This document shows, one piece after another, positions 11,401 to 26,400 of a stretch of 64,000 nt of DNA (position 1 is its first letter; each line of letters starts with the position of its first letter). This DNA comes from the human T2T-CHM13v2.0 reference genome, Homo sapiens. The notes below the pieces were generated by a model. It did not search any database. It had not been told where the DNA came from and worked only from the letters and a program-made list of their open reading frames with translations. The stretch lies in assembly GCF_009914755.1 (NCBI RefSeq), contig NC_060938.1; one strand, written 5' to 3'. Made by a program: the position numbers and the translations under genes.

Positions 11401-14400
11401 TTCTGTCTAGATTTTATAGGAAGATATTCCCGTTTCCAACGAAATCTTCACAGCTATCCAAATATCCACTTGCAGATTCTACAAAAAGAGTGTATCAAAA
11501 CTGCTCTGTCAAAAGGAAGGTTCTTCTCTGTTAGGTGAGTGCATACGTCATAAAGGAGTTTCTGAGAATGTTTCTGTCTAGTGGTTATGGGAAGATATTT
11601 GCTTTTTCCCCGTAGGCCTCAGGGCGCTCCAAATGTCCACTTGCACATGCTACAAAAAGAGTGCTTCAAAGCTGCTCTCTGAAAGGGAATGTTCAACTCT
11701 ATGAGTTGAATGCAAACATCACAAAGACGTTTCTGAGAATGCTTCTGTCTAGATTTGATATGAAGATATTCCCGTTTCCAACGAAATCTTCAAATCTATC
11801 CAAATGTCCACTTGCAGATACAACAAAAAGTGTTTTTCAGAACTGCTCTATCAAAAGAAAGATCCACCTCTGTTAGCTGAGTTCAGACATCACAAACAAG
11901 TTTATGAGAATGCTTCTGTCTAGTTTTTATTTGAAGATATTTCCTTTCTCACCATAGACCTGAAAGCTGTCCTAATGTTCACTTCCAGTTACTACAGAGT
12001 GTTTCAAAACTGCTGTACGAAAGGGAATGTTCAACTCTGTGACTTGAATGCACACATCACAAAGAAGTTTCTGAGGATGCTGCTGTCTACTTTTTATACT
12101 TAATCCCGTTTCCAACGAAATCCTCCAAGCTATCCAAATATCCACTTGCAGATTCCACAGAAAGACTGTTTCAAAACTGCTCTGTCAATAGAAAGGTTCA
12201 ACTCTGTTAGCTGCGTGCATATATCCCAAAGAAGATTCTGAGATTGCTTCTGTCTAGTTTTTATGGGAAGATATTTCCCTTTTCACCGTAGGCGTCAAGG
12301 CGCTCCAAATGTCCACTTCCAGATACTACAAAAAGAGTGTTTCAAACCTACTCTGTGAAAGGGAATATTCAACTCTGTGACTTGAATGCACATATCACAA
12401 GGAAGTTTCTGAGAATGCTTCTGTCGAGATTTTATATGAAGATATTCCCGTTTCCAACGAAATCCTGAAATCTATCCAAATATCCCCTCGCAGATTCTAC
12501 AAAAAGAGTGTTTCAAAACTGCTCTGTAAAAAGAAAGGTTCAACTCTGTTAGTTGAGTACACACATCACAAACAAGTTTCACAGAATGCTTCTTTCTAGC
12601 TTGTAGGGGAAGATATTCCCTTTATCACCATGGGCCTCAAACCGTCCGATAAGTCCACTTCCATATACTACAAAAAGAGCGTTTCAAACCTGCTCTATGA
12701 AAGGCAATGTTCAACTCTGTGACTTGAATGCAGACATCACAGAGCAGTTTCTGAGAATGCTTCTGTCTAGATTTTATAGGAAGATATTCCCGTTTCCAAC
12801 GAAATCTTCACAGCTATCCAAATATCCACTTGCAGATTCTACAAAAAGAGTGTATCAAAACTGCTCTGTCAAAAGGAAGGTTCTTTTCTGTTAGGTGAGT
12901 GCATACGTCATAAAGGAGTTTCTGAGAATGTTTCTGTCTAGTGGTTATGGGAAGATATTTGCTTTTTCACCGTAGGCCTCAGAGCGCTCCAAATATCCAC
13001 TTGCACATACTACAAAAAGAGTGCCTCAAAGCTGCTCTCTGAAACGGAATGTTCAACTCTATGAGTTGAATGCAAACATCGCAAAGACGTTTCTGAGAAT
13101 GCTTCTGTCTAGATTTGATATGAAGATATTCCCGTTTCCAACGAAATCTTCAAATCTATCCAAATGTCCACTTGCAGATTCAACAAAAAGTGTTTTTCAG
13201 AACTGCTCTATCAAAAGAAAGATCCACCTCTGTTAGCTGAGTTCACACATCACAAACAAGTTTATGAGAATGCTTCTGTCTAGTTTTTATTTGAAGATAT
13301 TTCCTTTCTCACCATAGAGCTGAAAGCTGTCCTAATGTTCACTTCCAGATACTACAGAAAGAGTGTTTCAAAACTGCTGTACGAAAGGGAATGTTCAACT
13401 CTGTGACTTGAATGCACACATCACAAAGAAGTTTCTGAGGATGCTGCTGTCTACTTTTTATACGTAATCCCGTTTCCAACGAAATCCTCCAAGCTATCCA
13501 AATATCCACTTGCAGATTCCACAGAAAGACTGTTTCAAAACTGCTCTGTCAATAGAAAGGTTCAACTCTGTTAGCTGCGTGCATATATCCCAAAGAAGAT
13601 TCTGAGATTGCTTCTGTCTAGTTTTTATGGGAAGATATTTCCCTTTTCACCGTAGGCGTCAAGGCGCTCCAAATGTCCACTTCCAGATACTACAAAAAGA
13701 GTGTTTCAAACCTACTCTGTGAAAGGGAATATTCAACTCTGTGACTTGAATGCACATATCACAAAGAAGTTTCTGAGAATGCTTCTGTCGAGATTTTATA
13801 TGAAGATATTCCCGTTTCCAACGAAATGCTGAAATCTATCCAAATATCCCCTCGCAGATTCTACAAAAAGAGTGTTTCAAAACTGCTCTGTGAAAAGAAA
13901 GGTTCAACTCTGTTAGTTGAGTACACACATCACAAACAAGTTTCACAGAATGCTTCTTTCTAGCTTGTAGGGGAAGATATTCCCTTTATCACCATGGGCC
14001 TCAAACCGTCCGAAAAGTCCACTTCCATATACTACAAAAAGAGCGTTTCAAACCTGCTCTATGAAAGGCAATGTTCAACTCTGTGACTTGAATGCAGACA
14101 TCACAGAGCAGTTTCTGAGAATGCTTCTGTCTAGATTTTATAGGAAGATATTCCCGTTTCCAACGAAATCTTCACAGCTATCCAAATATCCACTTGCAGA
14201 TTCTACAAAAAGAGTGTATCAAAACTGCTCTGTCAAAAGGAAGGTTCTTCTCTGTTAGGTGAGTGCATACGTCATAAAGGAGTTTCTGAGAATGTTTCTG
14301 TCTAGTGGTTATGGGAAGATATTTGCTTTTTCCCCGTAGGCCTCAGGGCGCTCCAAATGTCCACTTGCACATGCTACAAAAAGAGTGCTTCAAAGCTGCT

Positions 14401-17400
14401 CTCTGAAAGGGAATGTTCAACTCTATGAGTTGAATGCAAACATCGCAAAGACGTTTCTGAGAATGCTTCTGTCTAGATTTGATATGAAGATATTCCCGTT
14501 TCCAACGAAATCTTCAAATCTATCCAAATGTCCACTTGCAGATTCAACAAAAAGTGTTTTTCAGAACTGCTCTATCAAAAGAAAGATCCACCTCTGTTAG
14601 CTGAGTTCAGACATCACAAACAAGTTTATGAGAATGCTTCTGTCTAGTTTTTATTTGAAGATATTTCCTTTCTCACCATAGACCTGAAAGCTGTCCTAAT
14701 GTTCACTTCCAGTTACTACAGAAAGAGTATTTCAAAACTGCTGTACGAAAGGGAATGTTCAACTCTGTGACTTGAATGCACACATCACAAAGAAGTTTCT
14801 GAGGATGCTGCTGTCTACTTTTTATACTTAATCCCGTTTCCAACGAAATCCTCCAAGCTATCCAAATATCCACTTGCAGATTCCACAGAAAGACTGTTTC
14901 AAAACTGCTCTGTCAATAGAAAGGTTCAACTCTGTTAGCTGCGTGCATATATCCCAAAGCAGATTCTGAGATTGCTTCTGTCTAGTTTTTATGGGAAGAT
15001 ATTTCCCTTTTCACCGTAGGCGTCAAGGCGCTCCAAATGTCCACTTCCAGATACTACAAAAAGAGTGTTTCAAACCTACTCTGTGAAAGGGAATATTCAA
15101 CTCTGTGACTTGAATGCACATATCACAAGGAAGTTTCTGAGAATGCTTCTGTCGAGATTTTATATGAAGATATTCCCGTTTCCAACGAAATCCTGAAATC
15201 TATCCAAATATCCCCTCGCAGATTCTACAAAAAGAGTGTTTCAAAACTGCTCTTTAAAAAGAAAGGTTCAACTCTGTTAGTTGAGTACACACATCACAAA
15301 CAAGTTTCACAGAATGCTTCTTTCTAGCTTGTAGGGGAAGATATTCCCTTTATCACCATGGGCCTCAAACCGTCCGATAAGTCCACTTCCATATACTACA
15401 AAAAGAGCGTTTCAAACCTGCTCTATGAAAGGCAACGTTCAACTCTGTGACTTGAATGCAGACATCACAGAGCAGTTTCTGAGAATGCTTCTGTCTAGAT
15501 TTTATAGGAAGATATTCCCGTTTCCAACGAAATCTTCACAGCTATCCAAATATCCACTTGCAGATTCTACAAAAAGAGTGTATCAAAACTGCTCTGTCAA
15601 AAGGAAGGTTCTTCTCTGTTAGGTGAGTGCATACGTCATAAAGGAGTTTCTGAGAATGTTTCTGTCTAGTGGTTATGGGAAGATATTTGCTTTTTCCCCG
15701 TAGGCCTCAGGGCGCTCCAAATGTCCACTTGCACATGCTACAAAAAGAGTGCTTCAAAGCTGCTCTCTGAAAGGGAATGTTCAACTCTATGAGTTGAATG
15801 CAAACATCACAAAGACGTTTCTGAGAATGCTTCTGTCTAGATTTGATATGAAGATATTCCCGTTTCCAACGAAATCTTCAAATCTATCCAAATGTCCACT
15901 TGCAGATTCAACAAAAAGTGTTTTTCAGAACTGCTCTATCAAAAGAAAGATCCACCTCTGTTAGCTGAGTTCAGACATCACAAACAAGTTTATGAGAATG
16001 CTTCTGTCTAGTTTTTATTTGAAGATATTTCCTTTCTCACCATAGACCTGAAAGCTGTCCTAATGTTCACTTCCAGTTACTACAGAGTGTTTCAAAACTG
16101 CTGTACGAAAGGGAATGTTCAACTCTGTGACTTGAATGCACACATCACAAAGAAGTTTCTGAGGATGCTGCTGTCTACTTTTTATACTTAATCCCGTTTC
16201 CAACGAAATCCTCCAAGCTATCCAAATATCCACTTGCAGATTCCACAGAAAGACTGTTTCAAAACTGCTCTGTCAATAGAAAGGTTCAACTCTGTTAGCT
16301 GCGTGCATATATCCCAAAGAAGATTCTGAGATTGCTTCTGTCTAGTTTTTATGGGAAGATATTTCCCTTTTCACCGTAGGCGTCAAGGCGCTCCAAATGT
16401 CCACTTCCAGATACTACAAAAAGAGTGTTTCAAACCTACTCTGTGAAAGGGAATATTCAACTCTGTGACTTGAATGCACATATCACAAGGAAGTTTCTGA
16501 GAATGCTTCTGTCGAGATTTTATATGAAGATATTCCCGTTTCCAACGAAATCCTGAAATCTATCCAAATATCCCCTCGCAGATTCTACAAAAAGAGTGTT
16601 TCAAAACTGCTCTGTAAAAAGAAAGGTTCAACTCTGTTAGTTGAGTACACACATCACAAACAAGTTTCACAGAATGCTTCTTTCTAGCTTGTAGGGGAAG
16701 ATATTCCCTTTATCACCATGGGCCTCAAACCGTCCGATAAGTCCACTTCCATATACTACAAAAAGAGCGTTTCAAACCTGCTCTATGAAAGGCAATGTTC
16801 AACTCTGTGACTTGAATGCAGACATCACAGAGCAGTTTCTGAGAATGCTTCTGTCTAGATTTTATAGGAAGATATTCCCGTTTCCAACGAAATCTTCACA
16901 GCTATCCAAATATCCACTTGCAGATTCTACAAAAAGAGTGTATCAAAACTGCTCTGTCAAAAGGAAGGTTCTTCTCTGTTAGGTGAGTGCATACGTCATA
17001 AAGGAGTTTCTGAGAATGTTTCTGTCTAGTGGTTATGGGAAGATATTTGCTTTTTCCCCGTAGGCCTCAGGGCGCTCCAAATGTCCACTTGCACATGCTA
17101 CAAAAAGAGTGCTTCAAAGCTGCTCTCTGAAAGGGAATGTTCAACTCTATGAGTTGAATGCAAACATCGCAAAGACGTTTCTGAGAATGCTTCTGTCTAG
17201 ATTTGATATGAAGATATTCCCGTTTCCAACGAAATCTTCAAATCTATCCAAATGTCCACTTGCAGATTCAACAAAAAGTGTTTTTCAGAACTGCTCTATC
17301 AAAAGAAAGATCCACCTCTGTTAGCTGAGTTCAGACATCACAAACAAGTTTATGAGAATGCTTCTGTCTAGTTTTTATTTGAAGATATTTCCTTTCTCAC

Positions 17401-20400
17401 CATAGACCTGAAAGCTGTCCTAATGTTCACTTCCAGTTACTACAGAAAGAGTATTTCAAAACTGCTGTACGAAAGGGAATGTTCAACTCTGTGACTTGAA
17501 TGCACACATCACAAAGAAGTTTCTGAGGATGCTGCTGTCTACTTTTTATACTTAATCCCGTTTCCAACGAAATCCTCCAAGCTATCCAAATATCCACTTG
17601 CAGATTCCACAGAAAGACTGTTTCAAAACTGCTCTGTCAATAGAAAGGTTCAACTCTGTTAGCTGCGTGCATATATCCCAAAGCAGATTCTGAGATTGCT
17701 TCTGTCTAGTTTTTATGGGAAGATATTTCCCTTTTCACCGTAGGCGTCAAGGCGCTCCAAATGTCCACTTCCAGATACTACAAAAAGAGTGTTTCAAACC
17801 TACTCTGTGAAAGGGAATATTCAACTCTGTGACTTGAATGCACATATCACAAGGAAGTTTCTGAGAATGCTTCTGTCGAGATTTTATATGAAGATATTCC
17901 CGTTTCCAACGAAATCCTGAAATCTATCCAAATATCCCCTCGCAGATTCTACAAAAAGAGTGTTTCAAAACTGCTCTTTAAAAAGAAAGGTTCAACTCTG
18001 TTAGTTGAGTACACACATCACAAACAAGTTTCACAGAATGCTTCTTTCTAGCTTGTAGGGGAAGATATTCCCTTTATCACCATGGGCCTCAAACCGTCCG
18101 ATAAGTCCACTTCCATATACTACAAAAAGAGCGTTTCAAACCTGCTCTATGAAAGGCAACGTTCAACTCTGTGACTTGAATGCAGACATCACAGAGCAGT
18201 TTCTGAGAATGCTTCTGTCTAGATTTTATAGGAAGATATTCCCGTTTCCAACGAAATCTTCACAGCTATCCAAATATCCACTTGCAGATTCTACAAAAAG
18301 AGTGTATCAAAACTGCTCTGTCAAAAGGAAGGTTCTTCTCTGTTAGGTGAGTGCATACGTCATAAAGGAGTTTCTGAGAATGTTTCTGTCTAGTGGTTAT
18401 GGGAAGATATTTGCTTTTTCCCCGTAGGCCTCAGAGCGCTCCAAATATCCACTTGCACATACTACAAAAAGAGTGCCTCAAAGCTGCTCTCTGAAACGGA
18501 ATGTTCAACTCTATGAGTTGAATGCAAACATCGCAAAGACGTTTCTGAGAATGCTTCTGTCTAGATTTGATATGAAGATATTCCCGTTTCCAACGAAATC
18601 TTCAAATCTATCCAAATGTCCACTTGCAGATTCAACAAAAAGTGTTTTTCAGAACTGCTCTATCAAAAGAAAGATCCACCTCTGTTAGCTGAGTTCACAC
18701 ATCACAAACAAGTTTATGAGAATGCTTCTGTCTAGTTTTTATTTGAAGATATTTCCTTTCTCACCATAGAGCTGAAAGCTGTCCTAATGTTCACTTCCAG
18801 ATACTACAGAAAGAGTGTTTCAAAACTGCTGTACGAAAGGGAATGTTCAACTCTGTGACTTGAATGCACACATCACAAAGAAGTTTCTGAGGATGCTGCT
18901 GTCTACTTTTTATACGTAATCCCGTTTCCAACGAAATCCTCCAAGCTATCCAAATATCCACTTGCAGATTCCACAGAAAGACTGTTTCAAAACTGCTCTG
19001 TCAATAGAAAGGTTCAACTCTGTTAGCTGCGTGCATATATCCCAAAGAAGATTCTGAGATTGCTTCTGTCTAGTTTTTATGGGAAGATATTTCCCTTTTC
19101 ACCGTAGGCGTCAAGGCGCTCCAAATGTCCACTTCCAGATACTACAAAAAGAGTGTTTCAAACCTACTCTGTGAAAGGGAATATTCAACTCTGTGACTTG
19201 AATGCACATATCACAAAGAAGTTTCTGAGAATGCTTCTGTCGAGATTTTATATGAAGATATTCCCGTTTCCAACGAAATGCTGAAATCTATCCAAATATC
19301 CCCTCGCAGATTCTACAAAAAGAGTGTTTCAAAACTGCTCTGTGAAAAGAAAGGTTCAACTCTGTTAGTTGAGTACACACATCACAAACAAGTTTCACAG
19401 AATGCTTCTTTCTAGCTTGTAGGGGAAGATATTCCCTTTATCACCATGGGCCTCAAACCGTCCGAAAAGTCCACTTCCATATACTACAAAAAGAGCGTTT
19501 CAAACCTGCTCTATGAAAGGCAATGTTCAACTCTGTGACTTGAATGCAGACATCACAGAGCAGTTTCTGAGAATGCTTCTGTCTAGATTTTATAGGAAGA
19601 TATTCCCGTTTCCAACGAAATCTTCACAGCTATCCAAATATCCACTTGCAGATTCTACAAAAAGAGTGTATCAAAACTGCTCTGTCAAAAGGAAGGTTCT
19701 TCTCTGTTAGGTGAGTGCATACGTCATAAAGGAGTTTCTGAGAATGTTTCTGTCTAGTGGTTATGGGAAGATATTTGCTTTTTCCCCGTAGGCCTCAGGG
19801 CGCTCCAAATGTCCACTTGCACATGCTACAAAAAGAGTGCTTCAAAGCTGCTCTCTGAAAGGGAATGTTCAACTCTATGAGTTGAATGCAAACATCGCAA
19901 AGACGTTTCTGAGAATGCTTCTGTCTAGATTTGATATGAAGATATTCCCGTTTCCAACGAAATCTTCAAATCTATCCAAATGTCCACTTGCAGATTCAAC
20001 AAAAAGTGTTTTTCAGAACTGCTCTATCAAAAGAAAGATCCACCTCTGTTAGCTGAGTTCAGACATCACAAACAAGTTTATGAGAATGCTTCTGTCTAGT
20101 TTTTATTTGAAGATATTTCCTTTCTCACCATAGACCTGAAAGCTGTCCTAATGTTCACTTCCAGTTACTACAGAAAGAGTATTTCAAAACTGCTGTACGA
20201 AAGGGAATGTTCAACTCTGTGACTTGAATGCACACATCACAAAGAAGTTTCTGAGGATGCTGCTGTCTACTTTTTATACTTAATCCCGTTTCCAACGAAA
20301 TCCTCCAAGCTATCCAAATATCCACTTGCAGATTCCACAGAAAGACTGTTTCAAAACTGCTCTGTCAATAGAAAGGTTCAACTCTGTTAGCTGCGTGCAT

Positions 20401-23400
20401 ATATCCCAAAGCAGATTCTGAGATTGCTTCTGTCTAGTTTTTATGGGAAGATATTTCCCTTTTCACTGTAGGCGTCAAGGCGCTCCAAATGTCCACTTCC
20501 AGATACTACAAAAAGAGTGTTTCAAACCTACTCTGTGAAAGGGAATATTCAACTCTGTGACTTGAATGCACATATCACAAGGAAGTTTCTGAGAATGCTT
20601 CTGTCGAGATTTTATATGAAGATATTCCCGTTTCCAACGAAATCCTGAAATCTATCCAAATATCCCCTCGCAGATTCTACAAAAAGAGTGTTTCAAAACT
20701 GCTCTTTAAAAAGAAAGGTTCAACTCTGTTAGTTGAGTACACACATCACAAACAAGTTTCACAGAATGCTTCTTTCTAGCTTGTAGGGGAAGATATTCCC
20801 TTTATCACCATGGGCCTCAAACCGTCCGATAAGTCCACTTCCATATACTACAAAAAGAGCGTTTCAAACCTGCTCTATGAAAGGCAACGTTCAACTCTGT
20901 GACTTGAATGCAGACATCACAGAGCAGTTTCTGAGAATGCTTCTGTCTAGATTTTATAGGAAGATATTCCCGTTTCCAACGAAATCTTCACAGCTATCCA
21001 AATATCCACTTGCAGATTCTACAAAAAGAGTGTATCAAAACTGCTCTGTCAAAAGGAAGGTTCTTCTCTGTTAGGTGAGTGCATACGTCATAAAGGAGTT
21101 TCTGAGAATGTTTCTGTCTAGTGGTTATGGGAAGATATTTGCTTTTTCCCCGTAGGCCTCAGGGCGCTCCAAATGTCCACTTGCACATGCTACAAAAAGA
21201 GTGCTTCAAAGCTGCTCTCTGAAAGGGAATGTTCAACTCTATGAGTTGAATGCAAACATCACAAAGACGTTTCTGAGAATGCTTCTGTCTAGATTTGATA
21301 TGAAGATATTCCCGTTTCCAACGAAATCTTCAAATCTATCCAAATGTCCACTTGCAGATTCAACAAAAAGTGTTTTTCAGAACTGCTCTATCAAAAGAAA
21401 GATCCACCTCTGTTAGCTGAGTTCAGACATCACAAACAAGTTTATGAGAATGCTTCTGTCTAGTTTTTATTTGAAGATATTTCCTTTCTCACCATAGACC
21501 TGAAAGCTGTCCTAATGTTCACTTCCAGTTACTACAGAGTGTTTCAAAACTGCTGTACGAAAGGGAATGTTCAACTCTGTGACTTGAATGCACACATCAC
21601 AAAGAAGTTTCTGAGGATGCTGCTGTCTACTTTTTATACTTAATCCCGTTTCCAACGAAATCCTCCAAGCTATCCAAATATCCACTTGCAGATTCCACAG
21701 AAAGACTGTTTCAAAACTGCTCTGTCAATAGAAAGGTTCAACTCTGTTAGCTGCGTGCATATATCCCAAAGAAGATTCTGAGATTGCTTCTGTCTAGTTT
21801 TTATGGGAAGATATTTCCCTTTTCACCGTAGGCGTCAAGGCGCTCCAAATGTCCACTTCCAGATACTACAAAAAGAGTGTTTCAAACCTACTCTGTGAAA
21901 GGGAATATTCAACTCTGTGACTTGAATGCACATATCACAAGGAAGTTTCTGAGAATGCTTCTGTCGAGATTTTATATGAAGATATTCCCGTTTCCAACGA
22001 AATCCTGAAATCTATCCAAATATCCCCTCGCAGATTCTACAAAAAGAGTGTTTCAAAACTGCTCTGTAAAAAGAAAGGTTCAACTCTGTTAGTTGAGTAC
22101 ACACATCACAAACAAGTTTCACAGAATGCTTCTTTCTAGCTTGTAGGGGAAGATATTCCCTTTATCACCATGGGCCTCAAACCGTCCGATAAGTCCACTT
22201 CCATATACTACAAAAAGAGCGTTTCAAACCTGCTCTATGAAAGGCAATGTTCAACTCTGTGACTTGAATGCAGACATCACAGAGCAGTTTCTGAGAATGC
22301 TTCTGTCTAGATTTTATAGGAAGATATTCCCGTTTCCAACGAAATCTTCACAGCTATCCAAATATCCACTTGCAGATTCTACAAAAAGAGTGTATCAAAA
22401 CTGCTCTGTCAAAAGGAAGGTTCTTCTCTGTTAGGTGAGTGCATACATCATAAAGGAGTTTCTGAGAATGTTTCTGTCTAGTGGTTATGGGAAGATATTT
22501 GCTTTTTCCCCGTAGGCCTCAGGGCGCTCCAAATGTCCACTTGCACATGCTACAAAAAGAGTGCTTCAAAGCTGCTCTCTGAAAGGGAATGTTCAACTCT
22601 ATGAGTTGAATGCAAACATCGCAAAGACGTTTCTGAGAATGCTTCTGTCTAGATTTGATATGAAGATATTCCCGTTTCCAACGAAATCTTCAAATCTATC
22701 CAAATGTCCACTTGCAGATTCAACAAAAAGTGTTTTTCAGAACTGCTCTATCAAAAGAAAGATCCACCTCTGTTAGCTGAGTTCAGACATCACAAACAAG
22801 TTTATGAGAATGCTTCTGTCTAGTTTTTATTTGAAGATATTTCCTTTCTCACCATAGACCTGAAAGCTGTCCTAATGTTCACTTCCAGTTACTACAGAAA
22901 GAGTATTTCAAAACTGCTGTACGAAAGGGAATGTTCAACTCTGTGACTTGAATGCACACATCACAAAGAAGTTTCTGAGGATGCTGCTGTCTACTTTTTA
23001 TACTTAATCCCGTTTCCAACGAAATCCTCCAAGCTATCCAAATATCCACTTGCAGATTCCACAGAAAGACTGTTTCAAAACTGCTCTGTCAATAGAAAGG
23101 TTCAACTCTGTTAGCTGCGTGCATATATCCCAAAGCAGATTCTGAGATTGCTTCTGTCTAGTTTTTATGGGAAGATATTTCCCTTTTCACCGTAGGCGTC
23201 AAGGCGCTCCAAATGTCCACTTCCAGATACTACAAAAAGAGTGTTTCAAACCTACTCTGTGAAAGGGAATATTCAACTCTGTGACTTGAATGCACATATC
23301 ACAAGGAAGTTTCTGAGAATGCTTCTGTCGAGATTTTATATGAAGATATTCCCGTTTCCAACGAAATCCTGAAATCTATCCAAATATCCCCTCGCAGATT

Positions 23401-26400
23401 CTACAAAAAGAGTGTTTCAAAACTGCTCTTTAAAAAGAAAGGTTCAACTCTGTTAGTTGAGTACACACATCACAAACAAGTTTCACAGAATGCTTCTTTC
23501 TAGCTTGTAGGGGAAGATATTCCCTTTATCACCATGGGCCTCAAACCGTCCGATAAGTCCACTTCCATATACTACAAAAAGAGCGTTTCAAACCTGCTCT
23601 ATGAAAGGCAACGTTCAACTCTGTGACTTGAATGCAGACATCACAGAGCAGTTTCTGAGAATGCTTCTGTCTAGATTTTATAGGAAGATATTCCCGTTTC
23701 CAACGAAATCTTCACAGCTATCCAAATATCCACTTGCAGATTCTACAAAAAGAGTGTATCAAAACTGCTCTGTCAAAAGGAAGGTTCTTCTCTGTTAGGT
23801 GAGTGCATACGTCATAAAGGAGTTTCTGAGAATGTTTCTGTCTAGTGGTTATGGGAAGATATTTGCTTTTTCCCCGTAGGCCTCAGGGCGCTCCAAATGT
23901 CCACTTGCACATGCTACAAAAAGAGTGCTTCAAAGCTGCTCTCTGAAAGGGAATGTTCAACTCTATGAGTTGAATGCAAACATCACAAAGACGTTTCTGA
24001 GAATGCTTCTGTCTAGATTTGATATGAAGATATTCCCGTTTCCAACGAAATCTTCAAATCTATCCAAATGTCCACTTGCAGATTCAACAAAAAGTGTTTT
24101 TCAGAACTGCTCTATCAAAAGAAAGATCCACCTCTGTTAGCTGAGTTCAGACATCACAAACAAGTTTATGAGAATGCTTCTGTCTAGTTTTTATTTGAAG
24201 ATATTTCCTTTCTCACCATAGACCTGAAAGCTGTCCTAATGTTCACTTCCAGTTACTACAGAGTGTTTCAAAACTGCTGTACGAAAGGGAATGTTCAACT
24301 CTGTGACTTGAATGCACACATCACAAAGAAGTTTCTGAGGATGCTGCTGTCTACTTTTTATACTTAATCCCGTTTCCAACGAAATCCTCCAAGCTATCCA
24401 AATATCCACTTGCAGATTCCACAGAAAGACTGTTTCAAAACTGCTCTGTCAATAGAAAGGTTCAACTCTGTTAGCTGCGTGCATATATCCCAAAGAAGAT
24501 TCTGAGATTGCTTCTGTCTAGTTTTTATGGGAAGATATTTCCCTTTTCACCGTAGGCGTCAAGGCGCTCCAAATGTCCACTTCCAGATACTACAAAAAGA
24601 GTGTTTCAAACCTACTCTGTGAAAGGGAATATTCAACTCTGTGACTTGAATGCACATATCACAAGGAAGTTTCTGAGAATGCTTCTGTCGAGATTTTATA
24701 TGAAGATATTCCCGTTTCCAACGAAATCCTGAAATCTATCCAAATATCCCCTCGCAGATTCTACAAAAAGAGTGTTTCAAAACTGCTCTGTAAAAAGAAA
24801 GGTTCAACTCTGTTAGTTGAGTACACACATCACAAACAAGTTTCACAGAATGCTTCTTTCTAGCTTGTAGGGGAAGATATTCCCTTTATCACCATGGGCC
24901 TCAAACCGTCCGATAAGTCCACTTCCATATACTACAAAAAGAGCGTTTCAAACCTGCTCTATGAAAGGCAATGTTCAACTCTGTGACTTGAATGCAGACA
25001 TCACAGAGCAGTTTCTGAGAATGCTTCTGTCTAGATTTTATAGGAAGATATTCCCGTTTCCAACGAAATCTTCACAGCTATCCAAATATCCACTTGCAGA
25101 TTCTACAAAAAGAGTGTATCAAAACTGCTCTGTCAAAAGGAAGGTTCTTCTCTGTTAGGTGAGTGCATACGTCATAAAGGAGTTTCTGAGAATGTTTCTG
25201 TCTAGTGGTTATGGGAAGATATTTGCTTTTTCCCCGTAGGCCTCAGGGCGCTCCAAATGTCCACTTGCACATGCTACAAAAAGAGTGCTTCAAAGCTGCT
25301 CTCTGAAAGGGAATGTTCAACTCTATGAGTTGAATGCAAACATCGCAAAGACGTTTCTGAGAATGCTTCTGTCTAGATTTGATATGAAGATATTCCCGTT
25401 TCCAACGAAATCTTCAAATCTATCCAAATGTCCACTTGCAGATTCAACAAAAAGTGTTTTTCAGAACTGCTCTATCAAAAGAAAGATCCACCTCTGTTAG
25501 CTGAGTTCAGACATCACAAACAAGTTTATGAGAATGCTTCTGTCTAGTTTTTATTTGAAGATATTTCCTTTCTCACCATAGACCTGAAAGCTGTCCTAAT
25601 GTTCACTTCCAGTTACTACAGAAAGAGTATTTCAAAACTGCTGTACGAAAGGGAATGTTCAACTCTGTGACTTGAATGCACACATCACAAAGAAGTTTCT
25701 GAGGATGCTGCTGTCTACTTTTTATACTTAATCCCGTTTCCAACGAAATCCTCCAAGCTATCCAAATATCCACTTGCAGATTCCACAGAAAGACTGTTTC
25801 AAAACTGCTCTGTCAATAGAAAGGTTCAACTCTGTTAGCTGCGTGCATATATCCCAAAGCAGATTCTGAGATTGCTTCTGTCTAGTTTTTATGGGAAGAT
25901 ATTTCCCTTTTCACCGTAGGCGTCAAGGCGCTCCAAATGTCCACTTCCAGATACTACAAAAAGAGTGTTTCAAACCTACTCTGTGAAAGGGAATATTCAA
26001 CTCTGTGACTTGAATGCACATATCACAAGGAAGTTTCTGAGAATGCTTCTGTCGAGATTTTATATGAAGATATTCCCGTTTCCAACGAAATCCTGAAATC
26101 TATCCAAATATCCCCTCGCAGATTCTACAAAAAGAGTGTTTCAAAACTGCTCTTTAAAAAGAAAGGTTCAACTCTGTTAGTTGAGTACACACATCACAAA
26201 CAAGTTTCACAGAATGCTTCTTTCTAGCTTGTAGGGGAAGATATTCCCTTTATCACCATGGGCCTCAAACCGTCCGATAAGTCCACTTCCATATACTACA
26301 AAAAGAGCGTTTCAAACCTGCTCTATGAAAGGCAACGTTCAACTCTGTGACTTGAATGCAGACATCACAGAGCAGTTTCTGAGAATGCTTCTGTCTAGAT

